NCBI GenBank assembly: GCA_951406725.2
Contig: OX597820.1
Coordinates: forward strand, 98,394,001-98,458,000
Direction: 5' to 3'
From: Octopus vulgaris
Lineage: Eukaryota
Length of the DNA: 64,000 nt
The translations under genes and the position numbers were made by a program. The first letter of the stretch is position 1. Every line of letters begins with the position of its first letter. Of this stretch, positions 1-13,269 are shown one piece after another. The notes under the pieces are model-generated. The model saw nothing but the letters and a program-made list of their open reading frames with translations, ran no database searches and had not been told where the DNA came from.

Positions 1-1138
1 TGTAAATTGGACAAAAACTGAATTAGCAAAGCTAGACAGAAGAACTAGGAACGAATTCAATATGAATGGATGACTCCACTCAAGGGCAGGAGTAGCAGGA
101 TTATACCTACCTTGAAAGGTAGGCGGAGGATGGTTAATATCAGCAGAAGACAGCGTGAAGTTAGCTAGAATAGATATAGACTCCTATGTAGGTAATAGAG
201 GAGGAAGTTTTATAAAAGCTGCTAGAGTCACAGCAAAACAATGGGAAACCAGAAACACCTAACGAACTTAAAAACCAGGAAAAGGGACAGAAATTATCTG
301 ACTGGCAGGAGAAGGCGTTGCATGGTAGATTCCCGAAGATAGTTGCATCAAATAGTAGTAGTGATACATGGTTATGGCTGCAGAAGGGAAAGCTGAAGAG
401 GGAGACAGAAAGCTTGTTATAAGCAACACAAGATCAAGCATTAAGGTCTAATTGGATAAAAGCCGAGGTAGACAAAAACCCAGTAGATTCCCAGTGTAGA
501 ATATGCAAATCAAAAGAGGAAAACGCTACTCATATAGTAAGTGAATATAGCATGCTGGCACAGAAAGAATATAAGAAAATACATGGCAACCTAGGGAGAG
601 TTGGAGTTATGTAGAAAGCTAGGATTTAAGCATTCTGATAAATGGTATGAACATGAACCTAGAAAATACGAAAATACGAAATGTCGTGGTACATTAATAT
701 TCAAAGTGATAGAGTAACAGAAGCTAGAAGGCCTGGTTTAGTAGTAGTATACATAGAGAATACAAAGTGCCAAATAATTGACTTTACAGTCCCAAATGAT
801 GAAGAAATTAATATGAGAGGTTTAGAAAAAATAGCAAAGTACCAGGACCTAGCCATTGAATTACAGAGACTGTGGAAAGTGCGGATATAATGTATTCCAG
901 TAGTTATAGATGCATTGGGAATTATACCTAAAGATCTGAACAGGTGGATAGAGGAAATAGGTATAAAACTCAGTTCAGTGCAGCTCAAGAAAATAGTGTT
1001 ATTCGGAACAGCTATGATACTTAGGTGGATTCTAGGCATCGAAGGTTACTTGCAGTAACCCAATAGGAGGGTTTTGGGTTTCTAAGTCTATGTGTTGTAG
1101 CCCGATGTTAGGTTTCTTTTGTAATCTGTTGAGTGTAT

Positions 1139-1140
<2 letters not shown>
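1..1140 (+). mobile_element. R4/Dong-type (RLE) non-LTR retrotransposon, decayed 3' part with 3' UTR
   Basis: Translates across stops and frameshifts to LYLP..GG..LIS, WQEKALHGRF, ETESLL..QDQAL, a zinc knuckle CRICKSKEENATHIVSE, and an RLE domain (ARRPGLVVV..IIDFTVP..EKIAKYQDLAIELQRLW..PVVIDALG). Followed by a (GAT)n(AAT)n tail. Confidence 0.88.
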
Positions 1141-1410
<270 letters not shown>

Positions 1411-1437
1411 TATAGCAATTCGCTTTATGAATAGAAG

Positions 1438-1483
1438 GTCTTACAGCTGTTTCCAGGATATTTATTATCCCTTCATCGGAGAC
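1438..1483 (-). ncRNA. Minimal type I hammerhead ribozyme motif (U4C core variant), PLE-associated
   Basis: Minus strand reads GUCU-CCGAUGA-AGGGAUA aUAAA UAUCCU-G-GAAA-CAGCUG-UA-AGAC: stem I GUCU/AGAC, stem II hairpin, palindromic stem III. Confidence 0.7.
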
Positions 1484-1832
1484 AGTGTGAGAAGATGGTT
1501 ATGCAATAGTTAGTAAATTTAGATAAGATATGAAATAGAGAGTGAAGTGGAGGAATGAAAATAGATGTGAGATATGCAGGGATATTGCATTTGTAGATCC
1601 ATTATTTAGGCAGAATGGTATACATATAAGATTCCAATACCTTGTGAGTAAATTCCAATAGTATTTAAAATTGGTCTTTCCAAGTTTTGAGTTTGTATAC
1701 AGTGCAATCGAATCGAGGGTTTTATTTAAGGTGACCTAAAAGTAGGGAATGTATTTGTATGGTCTATCCATAGCACTTACTCAGCATTACCTGACACCTT
1801 TGGGTCTTATTGACACCATTACCTCTCATAAC

Positions 1833-2000
<168 letters not shown>

Positions 2001-2181
2001 TCAAGATTAATCAGCCGAAATTGCTAAGATGATCTGGTTCTTGACTGATGACTGAGGGCTTCGAATGTCCCGTCCTGTGGTTCTTGTGTCGTCTCTGTGG
2101 CGTTTCATGTTCTTGTCCATGTCTGTAATTATTTTTACTGTTTACCTATATATATATATATATATATATATATGAATGTAT

Positions 2182-2360
2182 AGGCGCAGGAGTGGATGTG
2201 TGGTAAGTAGCTTGCTTACCAACCATATGGTTCCGGGTTCATTCCCACTGCGTGGCACCTTGGGCAAGTGTCTTCTACTATAGTCTCGGACCGACCAAAG
2301 CCATGTGAGTGGATTTGGTAGATGGAAACTGAAAGAAGCCCGTCGTATATATGTATATAT

Positions 2361-2393
<33 letters not shown>

Positions 2394-2598
2394 CTGTGTT
2401 TGTCCCCCTAGCATTGCTTGACAACCGATGGTGGTAAGTTTACCTCCCCGTAACTTAGCGGTTCAGCAAAAGAGACCGATAGAATAAGTACTAGCCTTAC
2501 AAAGAATAAGTTCTGGGGTTCGATTTGCTCGACTAAAGGCGGTACTCCAGCATGGCCACAGTCAAATGACTGAAACAAGTAAAAGAGAGTAAAGAGAG
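2182..2598 (+). mobile_element. tRNA-derived SINE, family A (octopus OK-like), full length with internal microsatellite
   Basis: A-box TGTGTGGTAAG and B-box GGTTCATTCC head, GGCACCTTGGGCAAGTG body, TAAAAGAG tail; about 10 homologous copies in the window. Confidence 0.9.
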
Positions 2599-2846
2599 TA
2601 TGTCCATGTATATCCATGAATATGAACATGCTCGCGAACTTGTTGATGGGTAAAATTCTATGTATAAGTATACATACACACATACACGCACACACATACA
2701 CGAACACAAAGTGTGTGTGTTTGCGTCTGTGTGTGTGTGTGTGTATGTATACACACGCTTATGTACATACATAAGTGTATGTGTGTTAAAGTGCGCATAT
2801 ATAGACAGATAGGCAGATTTGTGGGCACTTGCATGCACGCACACAC

Positions 2847-2903
<57 letters not shown>

Positions 2904-3291
2904 CACACACACACACACACGCACACACACAGATAGGTGGAGATTAACAATGGAGCTAGTGCGAATGAAATCTTATAAACTAATAAAACACACCCACATG
3001 GCGTATCTGTTCGCTCGGCAGAACAATAATACAATAAACAATAACAACGAAATCGACATGGAAAAAACAACTACAAAGTAAATGTTTGCATTCTGCGTCA
3101 CAAAAACGAAAACAATCTCACACACGCACACGCACACACGTGTACGCTCACTAGCGTAAGTATGAAGCGACGCACGTATTAAACTTACAGACGCATACAG
3201 TCACGCACACCACATTACGTACGAATGCGAGAGATGCTCTCAGATGCACACAAATACATACACATACAGCCATAACACTGCACAAATATCG

Positions 3292-3673
3292 TGGCACTCC
3301 GTCGGTTACGACGACGAGGGTTCCAGTTGATCTGATTAACGGAACAACCTGTTCGAGGAAATTAGCGTGCAAGTGGCTGAGTACTCCACAGACACGTGTA
3401 CCCTTAACGTAGTTCTCGGGGAGATTCAGCGAGACACAGAGTGTGACAAGGCTGGCCCTTTGAAATACAGATATAACAGAAACAGGAAGAAAGAGTGAGA
3501 GAAAGTTGAGGTGAAAGGAGTACAGCAGGCTTCGCCACCATCCTCTGCCGTAGCCTCGTGGAACTTCAGGTATTTTCGCCCAATAAACACTCACAAAGCC
3601 TGGTCTGGGAATTGAAACCGCGGTCCTACGACCGCCAGTTCACTGCCCTAGCCACTGGCCCATTGCGCCTCCA
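3292..3673 (-). mobile_element. tRNA-derived SINE, family B (OR-like)
   Basis: Minus-strand head GGAGGCGCAATGG..AGTGG..GGTTTCAATTCC; 3' half shared with 5543-5842 and 13270-13585. Confidence 0.85.
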
Positions 3674-3899
3674 CTGCACAAATGCACATACATAACAGAT
3701 AGTCAAAGTAGAAAAGGACATTACAGCAAACTCAATGAGAATGTCACAGAAGTGTATTAAGAGCGTTTCCTAAATCAATTACATAAGTGAACTACAACAG
3801 GTTCGTGTGGTATTATCCACAGAATGACGATCCATAGAATAAAACTACCGTTTCAAGTGGCCGAAACGGGGATTTTTCATAGGGTCTCTCGAGTAAAAT

Positions 3900-4300
3900 T
3901 AATAGACAGCATACTTGGAGATCATGGAGTCTTTCCAAGTCGAGCCGCTACTTCTTCGCATTGAGATGTCATAGATCCGGTATTAAGGATATGTGAACAG
4001 AATGTCGCTGGAGAAAATCGCAGGACTGGATTCTTCAACCGCGGCAGGAGACCTAGGGGTAAACTAAGCATGAAATGGTCGGATAATAGCTATAGTCTAA
4101 ATTAGTCATGCTTGTTAATCTATGGAAAATTCTAGTAACCGTTGATTCTGATAAGACCCTATGGAAGACGTGCCCAAGTACTTTACTCCCAAGAAGATGG
4201 TCGGATGAATGGATTTTACGAGAGAAAGCTTCACATGTAGTATCTTTCGAAAAAAGAGCCATCCAATGATGGACATAAAATCAATGACGGACAAACACTA
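3900..4300 (-). mobile_element. Possible LINE AP-endonuclease remnant
   Basis: Minus-strand LSDHFML (SDH motif) preceded by HRVL (a DRVL-like motif); very degenerate. Confidence 0.3.
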
Positions 4301-4702
4301 GTATCCAGCACACAGGCAAACTATCACATCAGTTTGCTTTACTCATTTCTATTCTAATGGCCTCTGCTGATCGGAGCCGGCTGAGCTAAAACCTCATCCA
4401 CGTAAGCCCTCTCGCCTCCTCTTTCTCGTTGTGTCGAACCCGCAAGGCCTTTCGCTAATCACTACGCAAGTCATCCTTTTCCCCTGGACATGACTTCTCT
4501 GAGGAGTTGATTTAAAAATTTAAGAGGAACATTAATAGCTCCTACCTCATCATGTCTAGGAGGACACACGAAGGTCATGGACACCACCCTTTCCTCCAAA
4601 CACAGCAACTACATGCATATTTAAGTCATTGCGTGTTTATCTGTCTGTCTGTCTTTCTAGCTATCTATCTAAGCTTTTTCTCACACTCTCTTTATGCATG
4701 TA

Positions 4703-4750
<48 letters not shown>

Positions 4751-4751
4751 C

Positions 4752-4840
<89 letters not shown>

Positions 4841-5019
4841 TAGATATATATATGTATATATACTTTATTAAAAAGCAGCAGAAATTCAACAAAAGTTGTT
4901 ACTCGGAGATTCACGTTCCCGTTCGTTTCACGTTTATGTGTTTACTCCGGTATATATATATATATATATATATACATACATATATACGTATATACATATA
5001 CATATATATATATACATAC

Positions 5020-5064
<45 letters not shown>

Positions 5065-5218
5065 CGTATGTAAATATATATATTTCCATGTTTTTGTTTT
5101 CATGTTCTCGTTTCTCATCATGTTGTTCACGTTTTTGACGTCCTGTACCCATATATGCATATGTATATACATATTTATGTACGTACATGTAGGTATGTAT
5201 ATATGCATATATATATAT

Positions 5219-5416
5219 TATGGCTTGGCTTCGCGAACGAAGATCAGGAAGGCTGTCCACGTCGCGTGCATGCACACTCATGACTGACAAGTCCGATATG
5301 GGAAAGGTAGGTCCGTGGGCAGTGTCCATAGACGAAGGTAACATCCGGTGCGTCTCTTGTCTTTAAGTGCATCTCTGTTCCTCAAACTTGCTGACTGCGT
5401 TGTCGACCTCACAAAA
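5219..5416 (-). mobile_element. RTE-clade LINE 3' terminus
   Basis: Minus strand [20 protein letters not shown] (RTE C-terminal motif), then a short 3' UTR ending CGAAGCCAAGCC. Confidence 0.75.
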
Positions 5417-5542
5417 GTATATATATATATATATATATATTTACATACGTATGCATATCTATATGTGTGTGTGTGTGTATATATATATATATTTATGTGT
5501 GTGTGCTTGTGTGTGTACATATATATGTCAAGCTGAAACTGA

Positions 5543-5842
5543 TACTACGCCAGTTACGTTAACGAGGGTTCCAGTTCATCCGATCAATGGAGAAGCCAGC
5601 TCGTGAAATTAACGTGCGAGTGGCTGAGTGCTCCGCAGACATGCATACTCCTAGTGTAGTCTTGAGGGTGATTCAATGTGATAAGGAATGTGACAAGGCT
5701 GACCCTTTGAAATACAGACATTACTCATTATTGCGACCTGAGTTGGATGGAGTGATGTGAAATAAAGTGTCGGCAGGAATCGAAATCACGAACTTACGAT
5801 CAAGAACCGTCATTCCCTATTCACTACGCCACGCGCTTTCAC
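5543..5842 (-). mobile_element. SINE family B variant
   Basis: Homologous to 13270-13585; tRNA-like head on the minus strand. Confidence 0.8.
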
Positions 5843-5850
5843 ATTAACAC

Positions 5851-5890
<40 letters not shown>

Positions 5891-6059
5891 ATACATACAT
5901 ATACATATATAAATATATATATGTATATATATAAATATATGTATATATATATACAGATATATATATATATATATGTATGTATATATGTATATATATATAT
6001 ATATATATGTATATGTATATGTATATGTATCTATATCTATATCTATCTATCTATCTATC

Positions 6060-6123
<64 letters not shown>

Positions 6124-6162
6124 GTATATGTATATGTATCTATATCTATATCTATCTATCTA

Positions 6163-6254
<92 letters not shown>

Positions 6255-6744
6255 CATATATATACGCGTGCGATGCATGCATGCATATATATCCACCTAC
6301 ATACAAACTGAAATATTACCCACATATGAAAATACATAAGATAACGACTCTCTTTTATGATTTCATATAAAGACTCTAGGTTTTCACCTTCTCCGAGGGT
6401 GTCATTCATATCATAGTTGATGTTTATGTTGTTTATGGCGTTGTTCTTGTTGCTGTCTAGCCTTTTGATGTTAATAGATGTTTAGTACGATATCAGTACA
6501 ACTTTAGGGGTGACAGTACTGTACAAGATACGGTTTATTTGTATGAAAAAACAACATAGAACGAACAGCATGAAAAGTATATGATCAAAACATTTTTATG
6601 ATAGACACTAGAGACATTAGTGTTACACACACAGTGTGTATACGTATATATATGCGCGTGCGTGTGTGTGTGTGTGTGTGTGTGCGTGTATGTGTGTGTG
6701 TGTGTGTCCGTGTGTGTGTGTATATATACTTATATATATATATG

Positions 6745-6789
<45 letters not shown>

Positions 6790-6898
6790 GTATATAAATA
6801 TATATATATATAATTATTTATATATATATATATAGATAGATAGATAGATGCATATAAAATACGTGTCTATCTATTTATCTATATGTCTGTCTTTCTTT

Positions 6899-6930
<32 letters not shown>

Positions 6931-7014
6931 ATCTCTCTATCTCTCTTGACCCTCCGCAAAATACCAAATTATATTTAATTTGGTTTGTGGGACCAACTGT
7001 TTTATCGGAACCGT

Positions 7015-7200
7015 ATATTGTTGTTAAATGCTCGAAATACGAGAGTAAATTAACAGCCAACAACTGATGAAGGGTCATTCATTATGTTGTTTCTCTTGTT
7101 TTCCATTCATGTCTTTCGTGGTTCGAAAAAATAGTTCATGTTCCATGTACTCGTACTTCGTATTTTTTTGTTGACGCCCTGTGCCCACATAGGCATATAT
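7015..7200 (+). mobile_element. Short element adjoining (TA)n, probably PLE pseudo-LTR derived; related copies at 21845-22035 and 5085-5160
   Basis: Shared TTAAATGCTCGAAAT..AGAGTA..CAGCC..CAA(C/T)TGAT.AAGGGTC and GACG(T/C)CCTGT(A/G)CCCA ends. Confidence 0.6.
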
Positions 7201-7494
7201 ATATATATATATATATATACATACGTATAGATGTAAATATGTACACATATATATGTATATATGCATAAACAAGAAAAAAGCAACAAGAATGGATTAGTTA
7301 TATATTGTTTATAATATTATATGATTTATATATTGTTTATAATATTATATGATTGAACGCCACTCATCCTCATCCAAGTAAGTTTTATCTTAATAATTCT
7401 GATGCGCACTCTATACGATATTTTTACTCTTTCGTTTTACTCTTTCTCTCTCTTATTCCTTTACCTCTTCTTCTACTATTCTATCCTATTACTC

Positions 7495-7725
7495 TTATTT
7501 CTTTATTGCCCACCAGGGGCTAAACACAGTGGGGACAAACAAGACAGACAAAGGGATTAAGTTATTACATCGATCCCAGTGCGTAACTGCTACTTAATTT
7601 ATCGACCCCGAAAGGATGAAAGGCAAAGTCGACTTCGGCGGAATTTGAACTCGGAACGTAACGGCAGACGAAATACCTATTTCTTTACTACTCACAAGGG
7701 GCTAAACACAGAGGGAACGAACAAG
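7495..7725 (-). mobile_element. SINE family C, multimer fragment
   Basis: Reverse complement of GTTCAAATTCCGCCGAAGTCGACTTTGCCTTTCATCCTTTCGGGGTCGATAAATTAAGTA; contains the tandem junction. Confidence 0.88.
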
Positions 7726-8353
7726 TCTGCGGAGAAGACACACACACATATATATATATATTATACACATACGTACAGGGAGAGAGAAAGATGTATTCCT
7801 AGGCAGGAAAATAATATAGGAGAATTTATTTTGGAGGGTGAACGTCACCAGGAAGCTAACCAACCAAAACGCTAGATTTGTCGAAAGAGAAAATTTTGAC
7901 GAAAACATCCACGAGAAAAACAAAACGGCGTCGTCAAAATTATAACCAATTAAAGTTTAATCTTTTACCGTAAAAAATACATATATACTAAAAGGTTTGG
8001 ACTTACAACATTTCGTACTCTGATAGGCTAAGAAGGTGAAAAGACGCGTACGCTTACACTGAACTTCAGAACAAACTACACGCACCACGTCAGAAATTGT
8101 AAAGAAAAATCGTTTTCTTTCTCGCCATCTTTTTATTCTTCTTTCCTACCTTTTAAATAAAAACTCAATGAATGAGTTTTGAATAATGTACGTTTGTTAC
8201 GGTCTTCATTGAATATTTACACTTATATTACTATCTAACCCTGTGAAACTAACTGAAATTTCTGTGAACATTTGAACATTTGATCGTTTAACCATGTTTT
8301 CCAGATTTTTGCCATGTATCTTTAAACTCTCCTAAATCTTTTATTTATATATT

Positions 8354-8396
8354 TGTATCATTGATAAGCAAAAGATTGTCGAAACCGGTTTGGCAT
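8354..8396 (+). ncRNA. Degenerate minimal hammerhead remnant
   Basis: UUGAUAA-GCAA aaga UUGUC-GAAA-CCGG-UU, followed by AATAAA and (TA)n, as in PLE pseudo-LTR ends. Confidence 0.4.
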
Positions 8397-10496
8397 TTGA
8401 ATAAATTTATTGCAAAATTTAAAAGCGACTGCATGTTTTGAGATTTAGGTGCATTTTCAAAATCCAAAACAGCTTCTCATATATATATTTATGTGTGTGT
8501 ATATATTCATTTATATATGCATTCATTTATGTACACACGTATATAATATACAAAAACATACATACATATATACATATATAAAAGACTAAAGATTATTTTG
8601 ATGTGGACACAAGGTCCATATTTTATGGAAAGGTAATAGTCGATTAATCTGACTCCAGTACTTGGCTGGTACATTTTGATATTCACTCCAAATAAATAAA
8701 ATGCAAAGTTGACCCCAATGTAGGGCCACAAACTACAATTCTAAAAACAAACAAACCAATAGATGATTGATAATGTCTAATGCTATCTATTTAAAAACTA
8801 ATATTCTGCTATTTTGATATCTTGATTGGTTTATAAGCGATCTGTAAACACAATATGCTATTTAATGAAGATACACTCTTAATGCTTTTTTTTTTTTGTA
8901 AATCTAAAGCGGAAAATGAAGAATTATAAAATTTCTTGAGAAAATATATATAACATAAAGCAAAACATCAAATAAATAAAACACTGTTGAGATAGGGTTT
9001 CATATTAAAATTTGATACTAAGGGTATGGAATCTAAACTTTAAACTGACACGCCTAGCGTATTTTTAATTCGAAGGGTCGATTTTACGTAAGTAACACTT
9101 GGAAATTTGGCTATAAAGGGCGGAGTGAGACAACAAAATGGATAGAGTTTAACCTGTTTATCAGATAGCAGGAGTTTAGTAAACATTCATCAATTTATGG
9201 GGCAACTTTGTAAACTCACACCCAAATAATCTCAACGGAGTATAGTACTGGTGTGCAATTTGCGTCTTGTGCGCCTCCTATACATATATGTGTGTGTGTG
9301 TGTATGTATATATATGTATGTATGTATATGTGTAAATGTATATGTATGAGTATATATATATATATATACATATATGCGTGTGTATTTATATTGAAATATA
9401 TATATATATGTTATATATACACATATACATATATATATATGCACATGTGTGTGAATATATATATGTATATATATATATGTATATATATATGTATATGTAT
9501 ATGTGTATATATATATGTATATATATATATGTATATATATAAGTATATATATGTGTATATATATATGTATATATATATATGTATATATATATGTATATAT
9601 ATATATACAAAGAGAGAGAGTGGGAGAGAGGCACACACATACATATACTTATATACACGCGCACACGCGCACACGCATGCGCGCACGCATGCACACACAC
9701 TTACTCACACACAGATACACATACACACACACTTACTCACACGCACATATATATATGCCTATGTACATGTGTGCATGCGTGTGCGTATGTGTCCCTGTGT
9801 GTGCGTGTAAACAGCTCCTCTAAAATAACTCAACCATAATTTCCAAGCGATTAGATTAGGTTTCAAAATTAATGAGAGTTTTATTTCATTAAAACCACGC
9901 TATTTAACCCGTGGTGAAAAAAGTATATATATAAAAAACCAAAAGCAAATACAAAACGACACTTCGTTATAAAGCAGTCTTTTGTCTAAAATGTCACACA
10001 AAATCAAAATTTCTTTACCATAAGAACAAAAAATGCTAGGTTCAAGACTCTCAATTTAGTTATGAAATGAACTCCTCCGATAAGGGATCACCTAAATATC
10101 AAGTGAATGTTGATGTCGGTATTTCCCTTCGGATGTTACGTAACCCGATTAAGCAGTTCAATTAACCCTGATCAAATCAAAGGGAGAAGTAGTTGTCTGG
10201 ATCATTAGTGTGTCGTCGTACAACAAGCCGGAGAATATCTAGTTTATAACTCGGTATAAAATTTTTCCCAGGAATGCCTTCTGCATGAAGAACATATTAT
10301 CAAGTGGTGATGGTGGGTTGTTGGGGACTAAAATACTAATATAATCAATGCATTAATTTGTCCAATCCTAATAACAGCATTTTAACATATTCTGATCATC
10401 AAATTTTATTTTATTTTATTTTATCTAGTTTCAGCTCACGAGCTGTGGCCATGCTGGGGCACCGCCAAATGTGTATTTTATTTAATATATTTCTCT

Positions 10497-10937
10497 AGGA
10501 GTATGTGTGGCTGTTTGATAAGAAGCTTTCTTCCCAACCACATGGTTCCTGGTTCAGTCCCACTGCGTGGCACACTGGGTACGTATCTTCTATTATAGCC
10601 TCGGGCTAACCAAAGCTTGTGAATGGATTTGGTAGACGGAAACTGAAAGAAACTCGTTGTGAATTTATGTGTGTGTGTGAGTGTGTGTGTGTGTGTGAGA
10701 GAGTGTGTATGCGTGTGTGTGTGTGTCTTTGTGTTTGTCCTCCACCACACTTGACAACCAGTGCTGGTGTGTTTACGTCCCCGTTTATCTAGCGATTCGG
10801 CAAAAGATACCAATAGAATAACGAACAGGCTTTAAGAAAAGTGCTGAAGTCGATTCATTCGTCTAACAAAAAATTTCAAAACTGTGTCCCCTTTTGGCCA
10901 TAGTCTAATAACTAAAACAAGTAAACGATAAAAGATA
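10497..10937 (+). mobile_element. SINE family A
   Basis: Colinear with 2182-2598. Confidence 0.88.
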
Positions 10938-10984
10938 TTATTACAGCCACTCAGCGTTTTGACTCCGACAAGTAAGACTACACG

Positions 10985-11020
10985 ACACTGAAGAGGACTA
11001 ATCAGATCGAAACATGTTAA
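10985..11020 (+). ncRNA. Degenerate minimal hammerhead remnant
   Basis: CUGAAGA-GGAC uaauca GAUC-GAAA-CAUG-UU; stem I is not preserved. Confidence 0.35.
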
Positions 11021-11259
11021 AATTAATTTCCATTCGTCTTGATGATCAATATTTCTTCTCATTACATGCATTTCTTTCTCACTTCTCCCTAGATTCGATA
11101 TCGAATTCAGTGTGGAATGAGAATGAGACTTTTCCACCTTTGCTTTGAAGGAAAATTATCATTAATGCTAATGAATTTCTTTCTTTTTTTTTTATTACGC
11201 ATGGAAGTTTTACATAATCAATTATTATCATTATTATTATTATTAGAATCATTAACAGA

Positions 11260-13195
11260 GGCAGCGAGTTGGCAGAATCATTTGCGCACCGGCTAAAATA
11301 TTTAGCAGAATTTCGTCTGTCCTTACGTTCTGAGTTCAAATTCTGCCGACGTCGACTTTGCCTTTCATCTTTTCGGGGGGTCGATGAAATAAGTACCAGT
11401 TACGCACTGGAGTCGATGTAATCGACTAGCTGCCTCCCAGAAGATACAGGCTTTGTACCTATTGTAGAAAGGATGATCAATAAAAGCAGCAACCTGGCAG
11501 AATTGTTAGCATGCCGGGCAAAATGCTTAGCCGCATTTCATCCGTCTTTATCTTGTGAGTTCACCTTCTCCCGAGCTCGACTTGACTTTTCATCCGTTCG
11601 GGGTCGGTAAAATAAGTACCAGCTGAGCAATGGAATCGCAGTAATCAACTTACCCCCCACCCACCTCGGAATTATTGGCCTTGTTCCAAGATTTGAAATT
11701 ATTATTATTGAAGTCAGCTGATGGAACAGTTGTAGTGTCTGGAAAATGCTTTACAGTATTGGCTCTGGCTCTGTACATTCTGATTATAAATCCCGCCCAG
11801 GGGAAGTTTTGAATTTTCTCTTTCTGAAGCTTATAAAATAAAATACCTCTCCAGTACTAGAAGTGATGACAGCCGGTAATCCTAGACTTTTAAACCTGGT
11901 AAACTTCCACCTAAATCAAGAACCATTTGGGTGGTGGATTGGCAGAATTTTTGCAGTTAATATTTTTTCCGTATTTATTTAGGTTCTTTACGATGTGAGC
12001 CCAAATCCTGCCGAGGTCAACCTTGTCTTTCATCACTTCGGGGCCGCTAAAATAAAGTGCTACTCAAGTACTCTGTTGTACATAATCAATTGATTTCCAT
12101 CAATCAAAATTACTCATTTTGTGCCTAAATTAAAATAACATTATAATTATTAAGCTTACGTAAGGCGGCGAGCTGGATGAATCATTAGCACGGCGGGCGA
12201 AATGCGTAGCCGTATTTCGCCTGCCGTTACGTTCTGAGTTCAAATTCAGCCGAGGTCGACTTTGCCTTTCATCCTTTCGGGGTCGATTAAATAAGTGCCA
12301 GTTACGCACTGGAGTCGATATAATCGATTTAATCCGTTTGTCTGTCCTTGTTTGTCCTCTCTGTGTTTAGCCCCTTGTGGGCAGTAAAGAAATAGGTATT
12401 TCATCTGCCGCTACGTTCTGAGTTCAAATTCCGCCGAGGTCGACTTTGTCTTTCTTCATTTCAGGGTCGATTAAATAAGTACCAGTTACGCACTGGGGTC
12501 GATATAATCGATTTAATCCCTTTGTCTGTCCTTGTTTGTCCTCTCTGTGTTTAGCCTCTTGTGGGTAGTAAAGAAATAGAAATAGGTATTTCGTCTGCTA
12601 CTACGTTCTGAGTTCAAATTCCGCTGAAGTCGACTTTGCTTTTCATCCTTTCGGGTTCGATAAATTAAGTACCAGTTACGCACTGGGGTCGATGTAATCG
12701 ACTTAACCCCTTTGTCTGTCCTTGTTCGTCTCCTCTATGTTTAGCCTCTTATGGGAAATAAAGAAATAAGAATCGTTAGCACATAGGGCGAAATGTTTAG
12801 CGGCATTTCGTCTGTCTTTACGTTCTGAGTTCAAATCCCATCGAGGTCGACTTTGTCTTTCACCCTTTGGGAGTCGATAAAATAAGTACCAGTTGAGCAA
12901 TGAGGGCGATGTAATCAGCTTACCCTCAACCTCGTACTTGCTGGCCTTGTGCCAAAATTTGCAACTTTTATATGGCTTATGTGAGGCGTCGAGCTGTCAG
13001 AATCGTTATCGCGCTGGATAAAATGCTTAGCGGCATTTCTTCCGTTTTTCCATTCTGAGTTCAAATTTCACTGAGGTCGACTTTACCTTTCGTGCTTGAT
13101 AAAATAAATACCAGTTGAGCATTGGGTTCGATGTAATTGACTACGTACCTGCCTTTCCGCAAAAATTTGAAATTTTGTGCCTACGGTAGAAAAAA
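11260..13195 (+). mobile_element. Cluster of about 9 co-oriented SINE-C units, including a young head + tandem multimer at 12163-12960
   Basis: Repeated GGCG(G/A)CGAGCTGG heads and GTCGACTTTGCCTTTCATCCTTTCGGGGTCG bodies. Confidence 0.9.
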
Positions 13196-13269
13196 TTATG
13201 TGCTTTATGTTAAGCATGTGAGCTCCTTCCTAAATATATATGCTATGAATAAGTGCAAGGGGAAAGTCT

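Noticed and set aside
2182-2255. tRNA genes suggested by A/B boxes (also at other SINE heads)
   Set aside because: There is no complete cloverleaf, and each head continues into a SINE body.
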